A stretch of DNA of 64,000 bases, taken from contig NC_043006.1 in the NCBI RefSeq assembly GCF_006345805.1, positions 806,001-870,000 on the forward strand, given 5' to 3'. This DNA is from Octopus sinensis. Its lineage: Eukaryota. The notes beneath the pieces are model-generated. The model made no database searches, had not been told where the DNA came from, and worked only from the letters and a program-made list of their open reading frames with translations. Every line of letters starts with the position of its first letter. Position 1 is the stretch's first letter. Made by a program: the position numbers and the translations under genes. Below, in pieces: positions 39,281 through 52,280 of this stretch.

Positions 39281-39505
39281 CCTATTTCTTTACTACCCAC
39301 AAGGGGGCTAAACACAGAGAGGACAGACACACGGATTAAGTTGATTATATCGACCCAAGTGTGTAACTGGTACCTATTTAATCGACCCCGAAAGGGTGAA
39401 AGGCAAAGTCGACCTCGGCGGAATTTGAACTCAGAACGTAACGCAGACGAAATACCGCTAAGCATTTCGCCCGGCGTGCTAACGTTTCTGCCAGCTCGCC
39501 GCCTT
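39281..39505 (-). mobile_element. SINE family A, full-length copy
   Basis: Near-identical to 141-361. Confidence 0.85.
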
Positions 39506-39795
39506 AAGGTAATAGAATCCTGTTGTGTGGACGCCCCCGGACGACGAAGCAGGTGGCTAGCGCAATACGTAGATATAGAGGGAGAAGCCTAGACGTCGGT
39601 AGAACAGAGTAGACTAGAAGAGTAGAATAGGAGTCGAGTTGAGTAGAAGGCACCCGAACGTGCGACAGAACTGAGGCGACGAGAATTTCGTAGCTCACGC
39701 AGCAACTGTGTAGTATTGCGATGTAACAAAACCAAATAGATTTAAATTTATATCGGAAGATACCGTCCAAGCGAACGTGCGTGCGCATGTGTTTA

Positions 39796-39837
<42 letters not shown>

Positions 39838-40526
39838 TGTTTGTGTGTGTTTGTGCGTTATTCGTATTCACAGTTATTTCCTTGTCACGCTAGCCATTGT
39901 AAATGCAGTGAGCCAGTGATTGGTCAGAGGAAATCCGTAACGAGGCTGTTGTTCACACGATAAAAAATGTAAATTAAAAAAATTAAAATACAACCACACT
40001 TGCTTCCCGGTTTCTTTCGGTTTTAAGCGAAATAATTTCACTGTGAAACGAAGGATGAACTTCACAGATTCAAACATCCATTCACAATGGTGTCTTAAAC
40101 GCACTTGCTCTCGAAAATAAGGAAATGAAGTTGGGACCAGTCCCAATTGGAACACAATTGAGTAGGGGATCGAACACAACAGCAACGACAATAACAACGC
40201 TACAAGAACATAGTGTTGATGAGATTATTGATCGAGAATTGCCTTATAAAAGCGACAAAGAACGTGGTTAACAACGAATCAATAGAATGGCTACGTGACA
40301 AACATACTAAGTAAAACTTTCTTTGTCCTTCTATTTGAAAGCTTAGTTATCATTATTAGAAAGGTGTTGTTGTTGTTGTGTATCCTATACACACCTACTG
40401 TTTTCTAACTTCTCCATGTTTGGTTATAATGAAGGTCATACCTTGTTTATCAAATGACTTTCTACCCTCTCCCTCCTCTTCTCGACTCCTATTCCGTCTA
40501 TCTATCTATCTGTCTGTCTGTCTGTC

Positions 40527-40570
<44 letters not shown>

Positions 40571-40764
40571 TTTTTTTATCTGTATGTCTGTCTGTTGTCT
40601 GTCTGCCTGTCTGTCTGCCTGTCTGCCTGCCTGTCTGCCTGTCTGTCCTGTCTGTTTGTCTGTCTGTCTTTCTCTCTGTCTATTTGACTGTCTTTCTCAC
40701 TGTCTATCTCTCTCTCTCTCTCTCTATCTATTCTATGTATTTATCTATATCTATCTATCTATCA

Positions 40765-40803
<39 letters not shown>

Positions 40804-40828
40804 AATCTATCTATCTATCTATCTATCA

Positions 40829-40883
<55 letters not shown>

Positions 40884-42019
40884 CCCTCTTTTCTTCTTTT
40901 TTCATTTCTCTTTTCTTTTGTTCCTTTTCCTTTTCTTTTTTTTATTTTTTCTTTTTTTCTTTTTTTATTTTATTTATTTATTTATTTATTTTTTCTTTTC
41001 TTCCCTTTTACGATCCCTCTTGATCGAAAACCTACGCCACCCCTTTTTTTCTTGTTTCTTTTGTTTTTTGTTTTTTTTTCATCCCCCAAAAGAAAAGCTC
41101 TACCTTGTAACTTGTCCCATCTGTGTGCAGCCCTGTGTGGCCAATAAAGAAACTTATCTATCTTTTTATCTGTATGTCTGTCTGTTGTCTGTTGTCTGTC
41201 TGTCTGTCTGTCCTGTCTGTTTGTCTGTCTGTCTGTCTGCCTACCTGCCTGATTGTCTGTCTGTCTTTCTCTCTACCTGTCTATTTGACTGTCTTTCTCA
41301 CTATCTATCTATCTATCTATCTATCTGCTTATATCAAATACCGCCATGCTATCACCCACACATCATATTTAGATACAGATACAAATTCAGCTTAGTTATA
41401 GTGTAAAGTATTCGCCTACACATATTACCGTCTCTCTCTCTCTCTCTCGCTCTCTCGCTCGCTCTCGCTCTCTCTTTAATCCATTCCCATCTCTCTGTCT
41501 CTATCTTTTTCCCACTCTCTCTCTCCTTTTTCTCTTTATAAGTTTGGTCATATTCTAGAATATCCCCTTCACAGCTGTTCTCTCTTTCTCTTTGTTTTTC
41601 CCTCACTCTCTCTCTCTCCCACTCATATTCCCCTTCGTCATCTCCTTCTCTCTAAAACCCTCTCTATCCCCATATCCTCCTCCTCCTCTCCTACTCCCTT
41701 ATACGTCCTCTTCACTCACACGCACAGCATCCGCCTCCTTTCACTCCCTCCCACTCCCCCTAAACTTGGTAATACTGTATGCTTATCACCTTTACACTTG
41801 ATCTCCCCCCCTCCCATTTCGCTAAACTCATTTGTTTTGTATTGATGGAATTAATAACATCTGATCAATTAATCAATATTTTCTTCCTATAAAAATATTT
41901 TTTAAGGAAACTAACAATATCGATTTCTTGGCATTGGCACAAGGACGAACATACGATGGTTGAGGAAGGTGAGCATAGATCACAAGAAGTTTACTTTGTA
42001 ATTAATAGGGAGTAGGCAA

Positions 42020-42190
42020 CGGCGTGGTTGCGTGGTAAGAAGCTTGCCTCTCAACCACACGGTACTAGGTTCATCCCCTTGTGTGGCACCTTGGGCAAGT
42101 GTGTTCTACTATAGCCTCGGGCCGGCCAAAGCCTTGTGAGTGGATTTGGTAGACGGAAACTGAAAGAAACCTGTCCTACATATATACATA

Positions 42191-42226
<36 letters not shown>

Positions 42227-42230
42227 TGTA

Positions 42231-42305
<75 letters not shown>

Positions 42306-42520
42306 GTGTCTGTGTTTGTTCCCGACCATCGCTTGTAACCGGTGTTGGTGTTTTTACGTTCTTGAAATTTAGCGGCTCAGCCAAAGAGACCAAAAGGGTA
42401 AGTAAAGTATCACGCTTAAAAAAAAGTACTTGGTTCAATTCATTCGATTAAAAATTCTTCAAGGAGGTGCCCCAGCATGGCCGCAGTCTAATGACTGAAA
42501 CAAGAAAAAGATAAAAGACA
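42020..42520 (+). mobile_element. SINE family B, full-length
   Basis: Head, central domain, internal (ATGT)n(GT)n and tail GGAGGTGCCCCAGCATGGCCGCAGTC. Confidence 0.85.
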
Positions 42521-42549
42521 AAATGCATAGTTTATTTATAATATAATAA

Positions 42550-42800
42550 ATGCACCCTTTTCAAGCCTCGCCAGGCTCATGGGCCCGGTTTCCCGGTTTC
42601 TATGGCATATGTGTTCCCCAGCTGGACGGGACACCACTCCATCGCAGCGTTACTCCTTTTTGCCAGCTGAGTGGACTGGAGCAACGTGAAATGAAGTGTT
42701 TTGCTCAAGAACACAACGCGTTGCCCGGTCCAGGAATCGAAACCACAATCTCACGATCGTGATGCTGACACCCTAACCACTAAGCCACGCGCCTCCACAT
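42550..42800 (-). mobile_element. SINE family C copy
   Basis: Minus: GGAGGCGCGTGGCTTAGTGGTTAGGG...GTTTCGATTCCTGGACC...TGTGTTCTTGAGCAAAACACTT. Confidence 0.8.
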
Positions 42801-43501
42801 AGTTTATTTATATAACATCGTTATTCTTCTGGAGGGTATTTTTCTTTAGCTTCAGGTTTGCTTTGGTCAAATTTAACTATGATCAAAAGGCATTCCAGCC
42901 GTAACCATCTCTTCTTGTTCTGTTTTTCAGATACTGTGTATATTGGGCTCCATTACCCAATGGCTTCTTTCATTATTTTTTAAGGGTAGAGTGTAAATTA
43001 AAGGAAATTTTGTGGGTATTTCTAGCAGACCGAGCGACCACGTAAGCAAAAGTTTTCCACCATTCATATTTGAAACCATTCACTGATGAAGTCGCAAAGA
43101 CTCCCTGGGAAAATATGAAGTAGGGATTTGGTACTAGAACAGTAATTTAATTAAGATGTTAATGGTTTAGTCAATCAAATCAACTCCGGTACTTATTTTA
43201 TCGTTCTCGTCTTGTCGAACCGCTAGTTTTACGGGAACATAAAGAGTTCAGCACTCGTTCTCAAAAGGTCACACACACGCACGCACACACGAATGCACGC
43301 ACAAAGGTTGTCGTGTGTGTATGTATATATATACATATATATATATGATAAGTGACCGCATGGGTATAAGCCACCCCCGCCACACATGTCAAGTTTCAAC
43401 AACGTCTGTTGGATAGTCTCGGAGGAGAAAAAGTAACAAATTCACAAACACACAAACTTGCCATTTATTATTATAGATATGTATGTATATATGTATGTAT
43501 G

Positions 43502-43533
<32 letters not shown>

Positions 43534-43635
43534 CATGTATGTATGTATATATGTATGTATGTAAGTACACACACACTCGCACACGCACGTATATATATAT
43601 ATTGTATATATATATATTCAAAGGTAGATATATAC

Positions 43636-43673
<38 letters not shown>

Positions 43674-43674
43674 T

Positions 43675-43706
<32 letters not shown>

Positions 43707-43816
43707 ATATATATATACGTATATATATATATATAAATGTATACTTATATATGTACATAATATATATACCTACATACATACACACACATATATATACATA
43801 TGCATATATATATATA

Positions 43817-44220
43817 TGATGTGGAAAATATTCCATCAGCACTGTCCGAATGATGTTGGCATCACCTTCAAAATACATCCAAGGCTTGGACCACGTGCTA
43901 TCCGTCCACAACAAAAATCTAAATCACATCACATAACAACAATACGGCACAATTATTTCACCTCAATTGGACCCGCTCTCTTCAACATTACACCAGGACA
44001 TGTCAAAACAGAAACTGACCACACAAAATTCAAGAAGTCTTTGGACAAATTCCTTCAAACAGTCCCGGACAAACCACCCACATCCGGATATGTCTCCGCA
44101 AACAATAACTCTCTGCTCGAATGGGCCTCGGTGCCCAAATCCTGAATTGAAAGACTTTGCCAGGTGGTGCTATTAAGTTAGACATGGCCTGGGCCAATAC
44201 TGGCCAAAAACCTTTCTAAG
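43817..44220 (+). mobile_element. 3' end of second CR1/L2-type LINE family
   Basis: [14 protein letters not shown]...GPALFNITP...[16 protein letters not shown]...NSLLEW, a typical LINE ORF2 C-terminus. The tail CCAGGTGGTGCTATTAAGTTAGACATGGCCTGGGCCAA recurs alone at ~56350-56402 (-). Confidence 0.8.
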
Positions 44221-44256
44221 TTATTCTAAGTTATATATGTATATATATATATATAT

Positions 44257-44311
<55 letters not shown>

Positions 44312-45012
44312 TGTAGATATACACGCACACACACATATACACGACGGTCTTCTTTCAGTTTCCGTCTACCAAATCCACTCACAAAGCTTTGCTCGGCCCA
44401 AGGCTTTAATAGAAGACAGTTGCCCAAGGTGCCACGCAGTGGGACTGAACCGAGGCCCTTGTGGTCAGAAGTAAGCTTCTTACACACAGCCACGCCTGTG
44501 CATCTATGTAATGGAATATTCTATTTGCCCCTTCCTCATCTATACGTCAGTATTCTTACCACATAAGCCAAGAAGTGGTGCAAATGAGTGAGCCAGCAAA
44601 GAAGCCTCTTCGTCGTTACTCGATCTACTAGAAATAGCAGCCCGATATCCCTTACAATCATATAAAAGGACACAATGGATAGTAATGTCAGGAGTATACA
44701 ATTCAAGACTCGAATGGTTACTGAAAATAGGCCTTTGTGTCTCTATCACGAATGACCCGGAGCTAAACCATCACCATCACACCCACTCCACACCCACCAA
44801 CACCACCAAATTGTAAAATCTTAATCTGACATTGACATATAGCCTCATATAATAAATCTGCCACGTAATGGTAAAATAAAATCATTTTATAACCCATTAA
44901 TGCGATAAAATTAACAACTTCCGAAAATAGATATAAAGATGGCTTCCGCGACGAAGTAACGTGTTATAGCAGCGATCTTTAGTCCAGTCTACGAACGTAT
45001 TTCGATATCTTG

Positions 45013-45055
<43 letters not shown>

Positions 45056-45234
45056 TGCGTCTGTGTGTTATTATATATTATATATTATATTATGTATATA
45101 TGTACATATATATTAATTAATTTTACCCTTTTATTATTGACTATATATATACATATATATATATAGATATATATACATATATATGTACATATATATATAT
45201 GTATATATATGTATATATATATATATATATATAT

Positions 45235-45279
<45 letters not shown>

Positions 45280-45816
45280 GTAAGAAGTAAAAAGAAAAAG
45301 GATTTAAATCTAAATTTAAATTTAAATTAAATTAAATTATGTAACGATTTACCGGTATAAGATCTATATGTATGTCCTAGGGCGATATTCAATTGCTGTC
45401 TCCGTAAGTAAATCTAGATTTCCATGGAAATAGGTTTTCTTATACAGGTAAATTGTTACATAATTTAATATAAAAATTCAAATTTAAATTTAAATCATGT
45501 ATATACGTGGATCTTTATACATCAATACATCTGTAGTGATTATTAAAATGCTACCTAACCGTACATACTCTTCTTTTTGACTCTTTTACTTTTTACTTTT
45601 TACTTTCTATTTTCACACACGAGGAAAACCTAAGACTAGAATTGGTAGCATACCATAAGAATACTACCGGCTATATAGGAATTCTAAGGGTGATCGAGCT
45701 CTATTTGCACTCTAATATGTCCTTAACAGAACACACCTCAACTATATATAATATATATATATATATATATAATATATATACACACACATATGTATGTGTT
45801 TCTATAAGACACGTTC

Positions 45817-45861
<45 letters not shown>

Positions 45862-45874
45862 CATATATATATAT

Positions 45875-45910
<36 letters not shown>

Positions 45911-46032
45911 CTAGCAGCATAGCCCGGCGTTGCCCGGGTATGTAAGAGCCCCTAGTAGGCAACGACTAATCCCAATGTAGTCCTTTCCCTCCAGGGAACG
46001 AAGGTGCATGTGGACGTTGCAATGTCTTGTCT

Positions 46033-47756
46033 TCACTGGAATACTTGTATATACGATGTTCCTAGCTGTCCGTTTGGGCGAAAACATGAAAACATCATTG
46101 CGCCTCCCAACGCGTGAACAGCCCACGTAGAGTTGACCGTGGGCGAAGCACTGTTCGCCCAAATGTACCCAGCGACTTGTAGCGTTTGGCCTTGGGATTT
46201 ATTGATGGACATTGCGAAGCAGAGTTTAACAGGAAACTGAGAACGCCTGAAGTGGATTGGTAGGTCAGCGCCCGACGGTTGAAGGTGCATCCGTGGAATG
46301 AAGACGTCCTCTCCCTTCCCACAACCGGTAAGTATTGTGGCCGTTATTAAATGTGGTGCCAAATGTTTCACAACCAAACGTGTGCCGTTGCACTGTTTAG
46401 GTGGAACCAAATTCCTGATGAGCATAATGGGCGCACCGACTTTTAACTTCAGGATGTGTGGTGGCAGCCTGGCGGTTCAAGTGAATTCAGGAATTCAACA
46501 GGATAATCGGCAAGCTGGGCGGGATCTGCTGTCCTATCTATAGTTTGTAGACGTGGACATCACCAGGAATAGCTTCAAGTAGCTGGATATTGATGGAGTT
46601 GACGGTTGTAGTTTTGGGTGCGAGAATAGCTCTGCCTGCCAGCCATTTTAGGTCGCGTAAATGTTTTGTAGGTCGTGGAAGACAGCGTCCCGGAGGCTAG
46701 CAGGGGTGTCGACAATGGTGCAAAGTGAGTCCAATTGAACGTAGCCATCCGCATCAGACAGCATCCTATTTTCACCGAGCATAAGAGGTCCCTGGAGAAT
46801 GCAGCGGATCCGCTGTCACCAATTAACTGCGCGCGCATGTTAGTTTGGAGGTGCAAGGGCCGCACATGTGCCCAAAGAGCTGACGACTTAAGGCACGCGC
46901 GCACGGCATCGGCACGGGTTCCTTTTGGAATAACAGGTAGAGTCTGCCTGGAGCCTCCTGAAAGAAGTAAAGTTAATCCTCCCATGGGGGCCGTAGAGTC
47001 TTGCAGGGACCTGTCCAGTGCCTCAAGGGCGCCTTTGTGTGCCATAGTGCACTCGTCCCATACGATGAGTTTGCATCTGCGCAGAATGTCGGCCTGTTCT
47101 GAGTTCTTGGCGATGTTGCAGATAGGTGACTCGGACTTTGCCAGATCGAGCGGGAGTCTGAAGGCAGAGTGGGCGGTTCTGCCACCCGGAAGCAACGTGG
47201 CCGCGATACCAGAGGAAGCTACAGCCAGGGCAATGTCCGTGTTGCGTCTGACCTCTGCCAGAATTAGTTTAGTGACGAAGGTTTTGCCAGTGCCGCCGGG
47301 TGCATCAAGGAAGAAAATCCCCCCACGTTGCTGTCTGACAGAGTGTACGATGGTGTTGTAGGCTATGCGCTGGTCTGGAAGCAGCCGTGGTTCATTATCT
47401 TGGACGTACTGGTGCAGTTCCTCAATGCAGTAGGAAGTTTCGCGTAACAATTCAGCAGACATAACATTGGCGTGTTCACGTGTGGGTGGTGGAAGGCCGT
47501 ACTCTGTTAAAGCAGACCCACCCATATCGATGACAGCGTCTTCGAGTTGAATGAGCGCAAAATTGTAAATGAAGTTGGTGAACGTGATCTCGGCGGAAGG
47601 GCAGTGTTGCTGAGCCGTACGTAAGAAGTCGTGCGACATGTCATCCCTGTATTTCATCCAGAGACTTAGTGGATCACTAAGCTGACATTTTTGAAGAAGG
47701 ATTGCGAAAAGATGTCGTAGGGCCGAATGCGTTTGCAGTAAAGCACCCTCTGCCAT
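46033..47756 (-). pseudogene. Helitron PIF1-family helicase domain (frameshifted)
   Basis: ORFs 46575-47756, 46033-46425 and 45911-46162 carry the SF1B helicase motifs in successive frames. Confidence 0.9.
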
Positions 47757-47876
47757 CGTGGCGTCCCACTGGAGTCATCCTCTAGAAGGCCAAGTCTCAT
47801 ACATGATTCCCTGAAGGTGTCGCACAGAACCCCATTGACGGTACGTATATTGGCGAAACCTGTTGGACCAGTGACC

Positions 47877-48970
47877 TCATGTAGAGGAGACGGAGGTAGA
47901 AGCATTCTTGCTGGTTTGTGGCGGGATGTTGTAAACTCGACCCAGGCAGGAGTCAAACTTGACGCCTGGGAAGCTTTCGACGTTTTTGCCGGATTTCCGT
48001 CGAACCCAGGTGTTTTTTAGACCACACGAAGTACGATGGGACCTGTGGGTACAAAAGCGTTCGAGCGAAGTCATCACGTTGGCATAATTTGAAGAAACCA
48101 GTCAACGTTGTGTCTTTAGGGCTGGTGGCTATCTGCACAGCACTTTGCTCTGTGAAGTAAATCTGCTGTCCATTTTCCAAGTGTACAGCAAGCTGCACCA
48201 CAGCCGGTGTCTCTGATGGAGCGGGAAGCCGTAAATGCGCCAAAACGCTTCGTTGCTGCTGAGGTACCGGCCACCAAGTAGTTGGACACTTCGTCGCGAC
48301 TGGTGGTCCTCTGGATGCTGAACATGGCAGCATCGCTGCCTTTGTTGATATATTTGCAGACATATTGTATTGACCTGATGGAGCTGCAGAACTCAACGTT
48401 GACGTGGGCTTTGAATATCTTCGACAGGAGAGGACAGTAGGGGACAATGTAGCTGTTGTCCACTTGATGTCGCCCAACCGTAATCGTGCGGCCTCCATTG
48501 GCTGGACTCCTTCGTTTGTACAGCGGATACCCATCGCCGCCTGTTTGAGTCCCCAAAGTGAACCGTTTAGGGAATCCCTTTGAGCAGGCTAATCCGTTTT
48601 TTGTAGCATGGTGTGTTGGCGTAATTTGGTCCACAGGGCCCGTGTACCATGGTAGTGCGGACAATTTCGTAGAGTCCGGGGTCCTCATCATCGGGTCAGG
48701 AATCTCGGCGGAAATGAATTTGTCAATGTCATTAGTCTCGATTTTATGAGTGAGCCAAATTAAGATGTGAGCATGTGGCAAGCCCCTCTTTTGCCACTCG
48801 ACCGAAAACATGTGGCACCTGACATGCCCGAAAATCTGACTCTTAACTATCAAATCCTTCATATTGCCCAAATTCAGACGGAAAACCCTAGCAACGATGT
48901 CGTGTCGATGGGTGAGATTGACCCGGGAGGAGTTGGCGAGTGATTTCGTCGCAGCTGGGATTGCAGAGTT
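47877..48970 (-). pseudogene. Helitron HUH Rep domain (frameshifted)
   Basis: CNPxxxEI...RHDIVARVF, EWQKRGLPHAH (HUH motif) and YxxKY in ORF 48116-48871. LAVHLENGQ..TTLTGFF in 47953-48534. Confidence 0.9.
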
Positions 48971-50977
48971 GTGGAGTTTCGGCAGATCGAGCCCTGGCTG
49001 TGTTTGCGGCGTTAGCAGCTTGGCGAGCTCTCCTCTGTTGAGGTGTTTCGGCAGCTTTGGCCATGGTTTGTTTGCGGCGTCAGCATCTTGGCGAGTTCTC
49101 CTCTGCTGTGAGGTTTCGACAGATCGTGTCCTGGCAGTGCTAGTGGCGTTAGCCGCATTCCGAATGGCCCTTTGTTCGGGGTTCTCGCGAGCTCTGCGGA
49201 TGGAGCTCTGCGGATGGAAGCACAGTAAGAAGCCCGCATGTTTTGGCTGGACTGTTGCTCTTTCGTCAACCTCGAGCGGAGGGAAGATCTGTACGCTGCG
49301 ACCCTTGCAAGTCGGGTAGAACGGTCGCTAGTAGTTTCAGATGCCTGAGCAGCGGCATAACGGGAAGCTGTTTGCGAGAGGCGCAAGGCGGTTTCCTCGT
49401 GGGTCTCGCGTGCCCTTCTAGCCCTGGCAGCCGATGCCTTGGCCGTCCGAGGGCTGAGGAGGGTCCTTCTCTTCTTGGGTGGCATTTTGGTGGATAGCAA
49501 TGTGTTTGGCAAAGGTGTAATAAAAAGGAACACGTCGGGTAAGTATTTTGGTGGATAGCAATGTGTTTGGTAAAGGTGTAATAAAAAGGAGCTCGTGGGG
49601 TAAGTATCCGAAAACGTATAAAAATGTACAAAAACGGCCAAAAAGCTGGCAGCAATGTGAGTGACAACAACGAAAAAGTCAAAAGTGATCAAACTGAACA
49701 AACGAAAGGAAAAGTTTTTTGATGCACACGACAAAAGTGGTTTATAATAAACCAAGAGTTTGCAAGTAGCGTCCGAGGACTGTTAGGGTACGCAAAAAAT
49801 TGAAGGTAAAACGTTTGGGGTGGTAGTTATAAAGAAAGTTTAAACCAAAAAAGTATTCGAATAACTTGCGGCTGCAGCAGCTATTAGCAGAAGTGGCGGT
49901 GTTGGGGTAAAGTCTCGAATGTAATTTCTTCCTGGTAGGAATTGGTTGGATCGAATTATCGATAGCTAAAAAGGTCAAGTTGCGTCCCCTAGACAGTCTG
50001 GTTTGTGTTTAATACACAAATTTGTTTGCTATGTGTGCCACATATGATTAAATTAACCGATTTTTTCCAATATGTATCCTATTGGAATAAAAAGAGCTAT
50101 ATAGCTCCTTGGAGCAGACATGATGCTCGTTGTGAAAAAAAAAAGATTCCTGCCAATTTGTGAAAGATATTGTCGAAAATATGTCATCTTGAATTTGAAC
50201 GCGATTTCCCAAAATGGCATGATTTTATCGATTGTTTCTGATGGTAATAGGTATTGCATGGAAAACTAACGTCAGAATTGAGTTTCTTAGGGTAACATTA
50301 AGCTTCACCATGAGTTTGGTGAAAATCGATTGCAAGTTGTGAAAACTACCATAGATAATGCGTTGCATAAAAAAAGCTTAGATTCTCGAGTTGCGTCCCC
50401 TAGACAGTCTGTGGTTCATGTTTATGATTCTCGACCCCATGTCGAATTTATCAATTTTTTTCAGAACTGGGGGAACTTTTCAAAATTTTCGCTGCGTTAG
50501 TTTTGAATTATGACATGGGGCTATGTGTGTGTCAAGTTTCATCAGAATCGGTTGAAAGCCGTGGTCAGGGTGAGGGTACGAGAAAACAGACACACAGAAG
50601 CACGCACAGACAAACTGCCGTTTATATATAGAGATATATATATATATATATATAATATATATACATATTGTCAATAATAAAAGGGTAAAATTAATTAATT
50701 ATTAATTAATTTTACCAGGTAGTGTTCAGTATGTAAAAAGACCATTTACGGTATATATAAAACATTACGTTATATAATTAGGGTTCAGTAAAATAATTTA
50801 CTTTACCACACAGCGAACTTTTAGAAATAGCAGCCAAAACATTTTAGCTAATTCCTCTACTATAAGAAAAGTCTCCCAGACAATGTATACTCAAGAATAA
50901 CTCACACAGGCATAGAGGGAAAAATAACGAAAGATCACACGTACATCGATTACTTGAGAACGCCGTTTATATATATA

Positions 50978-51273
50978 CTAGCAGTATCGCCCGGCGTTGC
51001 TCGGGTTTGTAAGGGAAATAACTATATAAGCATTTTTAGAGAGTTACTTCCCTTATATAATAGCAAAAAATGCATTAAAATGTGAAAAAATGATGGTAAA
51101 TTTTTTTTAAATCGTAGACTCATCGTAGACGCACGCTAATACCCAGAAGGGCTCGATATGAATCATGACTATAAGATACCCGCTTTTGGTTAAACTGCAC
51201 CGCAAAATGTGGGAGGAGTTAGGAATCTAAATCGTAGGAGACAGACGCACAACTTCACTTTTATATATAAAGA
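50978..51273 (-). mobile_element. Non-autonomous mini-Helitron, complete (296 bp)
   Basis: Minus: A|TCTTTATATATAAAAGTGAAGTTG...AACCCGAGCAACGCCGGGCGATACTGCTAG|T. Confidence 0.85.
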
Positions 51274-51289
51274 TATATATACACACACA

Positions 51290-51465
51290 CACAATTAAAA
51301 TAAAACGGAGAAAAAGACAAAGACAACAAGAAAGAAACTACAACGCGAAGACGTGGTACATGCAAAGCATTAATAAGACGGTCATGGTAGGAAAGAAAAG
51401 AAGATGTTTTATGTTTCGAGCAAAGCTCTTCTTCAGGAACAGGAGACAGAGGAAAGTCCAAAAGA
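51290..51465 (-). mobile_element. Short pLTR-type element with hammerhead-like core
   Basis: Minus: TGTTC-CTGAAGA-A-GAGC-ttt-GCTC-GAAAC-ATA-AAACA at ~51405-51441. Confidence 0.55.
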
Positions 51466-51879
51466 TAAGTATGTGTGTATGTATAAATGTGCGTTTGTAA
51501 ATTTGTATGTACGTACGTTCGTATGTATGTATGCATGTAAGTATGTTTGTATGTATATATGTAATTATGTAAGTGTATGTGTGCGCAGTAGGTAAGAGAT
51601 ATATAGATGTTTCACAACTATTATCTAAACCGAGGTAATTTTCTTTTTGCCGAAACACCTCAATAAGAAATTCAAAATTAATTAAATTAGTTAGAGCTAT
51701 GACCATATCCATATGAATAAAACAGAACAGAGCTGAGGAATGTAAACTATACCACAGTTCATTTAGCCTCTATATATTGCCTTACATGCAATATATGACT
51801 TGAGCATCAGCCGACATTCGACGGGGAACTTTCGCAGTATAGTTTAACACTAGGAAATATCAGGGAAATTGGCATACTC

Positions 51880-52280
51880 TCTCTTTTACTCTTTTACTTG
51901 TTTCAGTCATTTGACTGCGGCCATGCTGGAGCACCGCCTTTAATCGAGCAACTCGACCCCGGGACTTATTCTTTTGTAAGCCCAGTACTTATTCTTTTGT
52001 AAGCCCAGTACTTATTCTATCGGTCTCTTTTGCCGAACCGCTAAGTAGTGGGGACATAAACACACCAGCATCGGTTGTCAAGCAATGCTAGGGGGACAAA
52101 CACAGGCACATAGACACGCATATACATTTATATATACATATATACGACGGGCTTCTTTCAGTTTCCGTCTACCAAATCCACTCACAAGGATTTGGTCGGC
52201 CCGAGACTATAGTAGAAGACACTTGCCCAAGATGCCACGCAGTGAGACTGAACCCGGAACCATGTGGCTGGTTAGCAAGC
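51880..52280 (-). mobile_element. SINE family B, full-length (with internal ~26-bp tandem duplication)
   Basis: Head at 52145-52280, tail GACTGCGGCCATGCTGGAGCACCGCC at ~51913. ACTTATTCTTTTGTAAGCCCAGT is repeated. Confidence 0.85.

Larger units (their letters stand above)
45911..50634 (-). mobile_element. Helitron (Rep-helicase), both termini intact, internally deleted and frameshifted
   Basis: Minus strand A|TCTCTATATATAAA...CCCGGGCAACGCCGGG hairpin...CTAG|T (AT target). Rep: FSVEWQKRGLPHAHILIWL and YVCKYINKGSD. PIF1-type helicase: DAPGGTGKT, ASSGIAATLLPGGRTAHS, WDECTM, CNGTRL, AMSINKSQGQTL, HGQLYVGCSRV. Confidence 0.95.

Noticed and set aside
46575-47756. Host PIF1 helicase gene
   Set aside because: Intronless, frameshifted, fused to an HUH Rep and enclosed by TC...CTAG Helitron termini.
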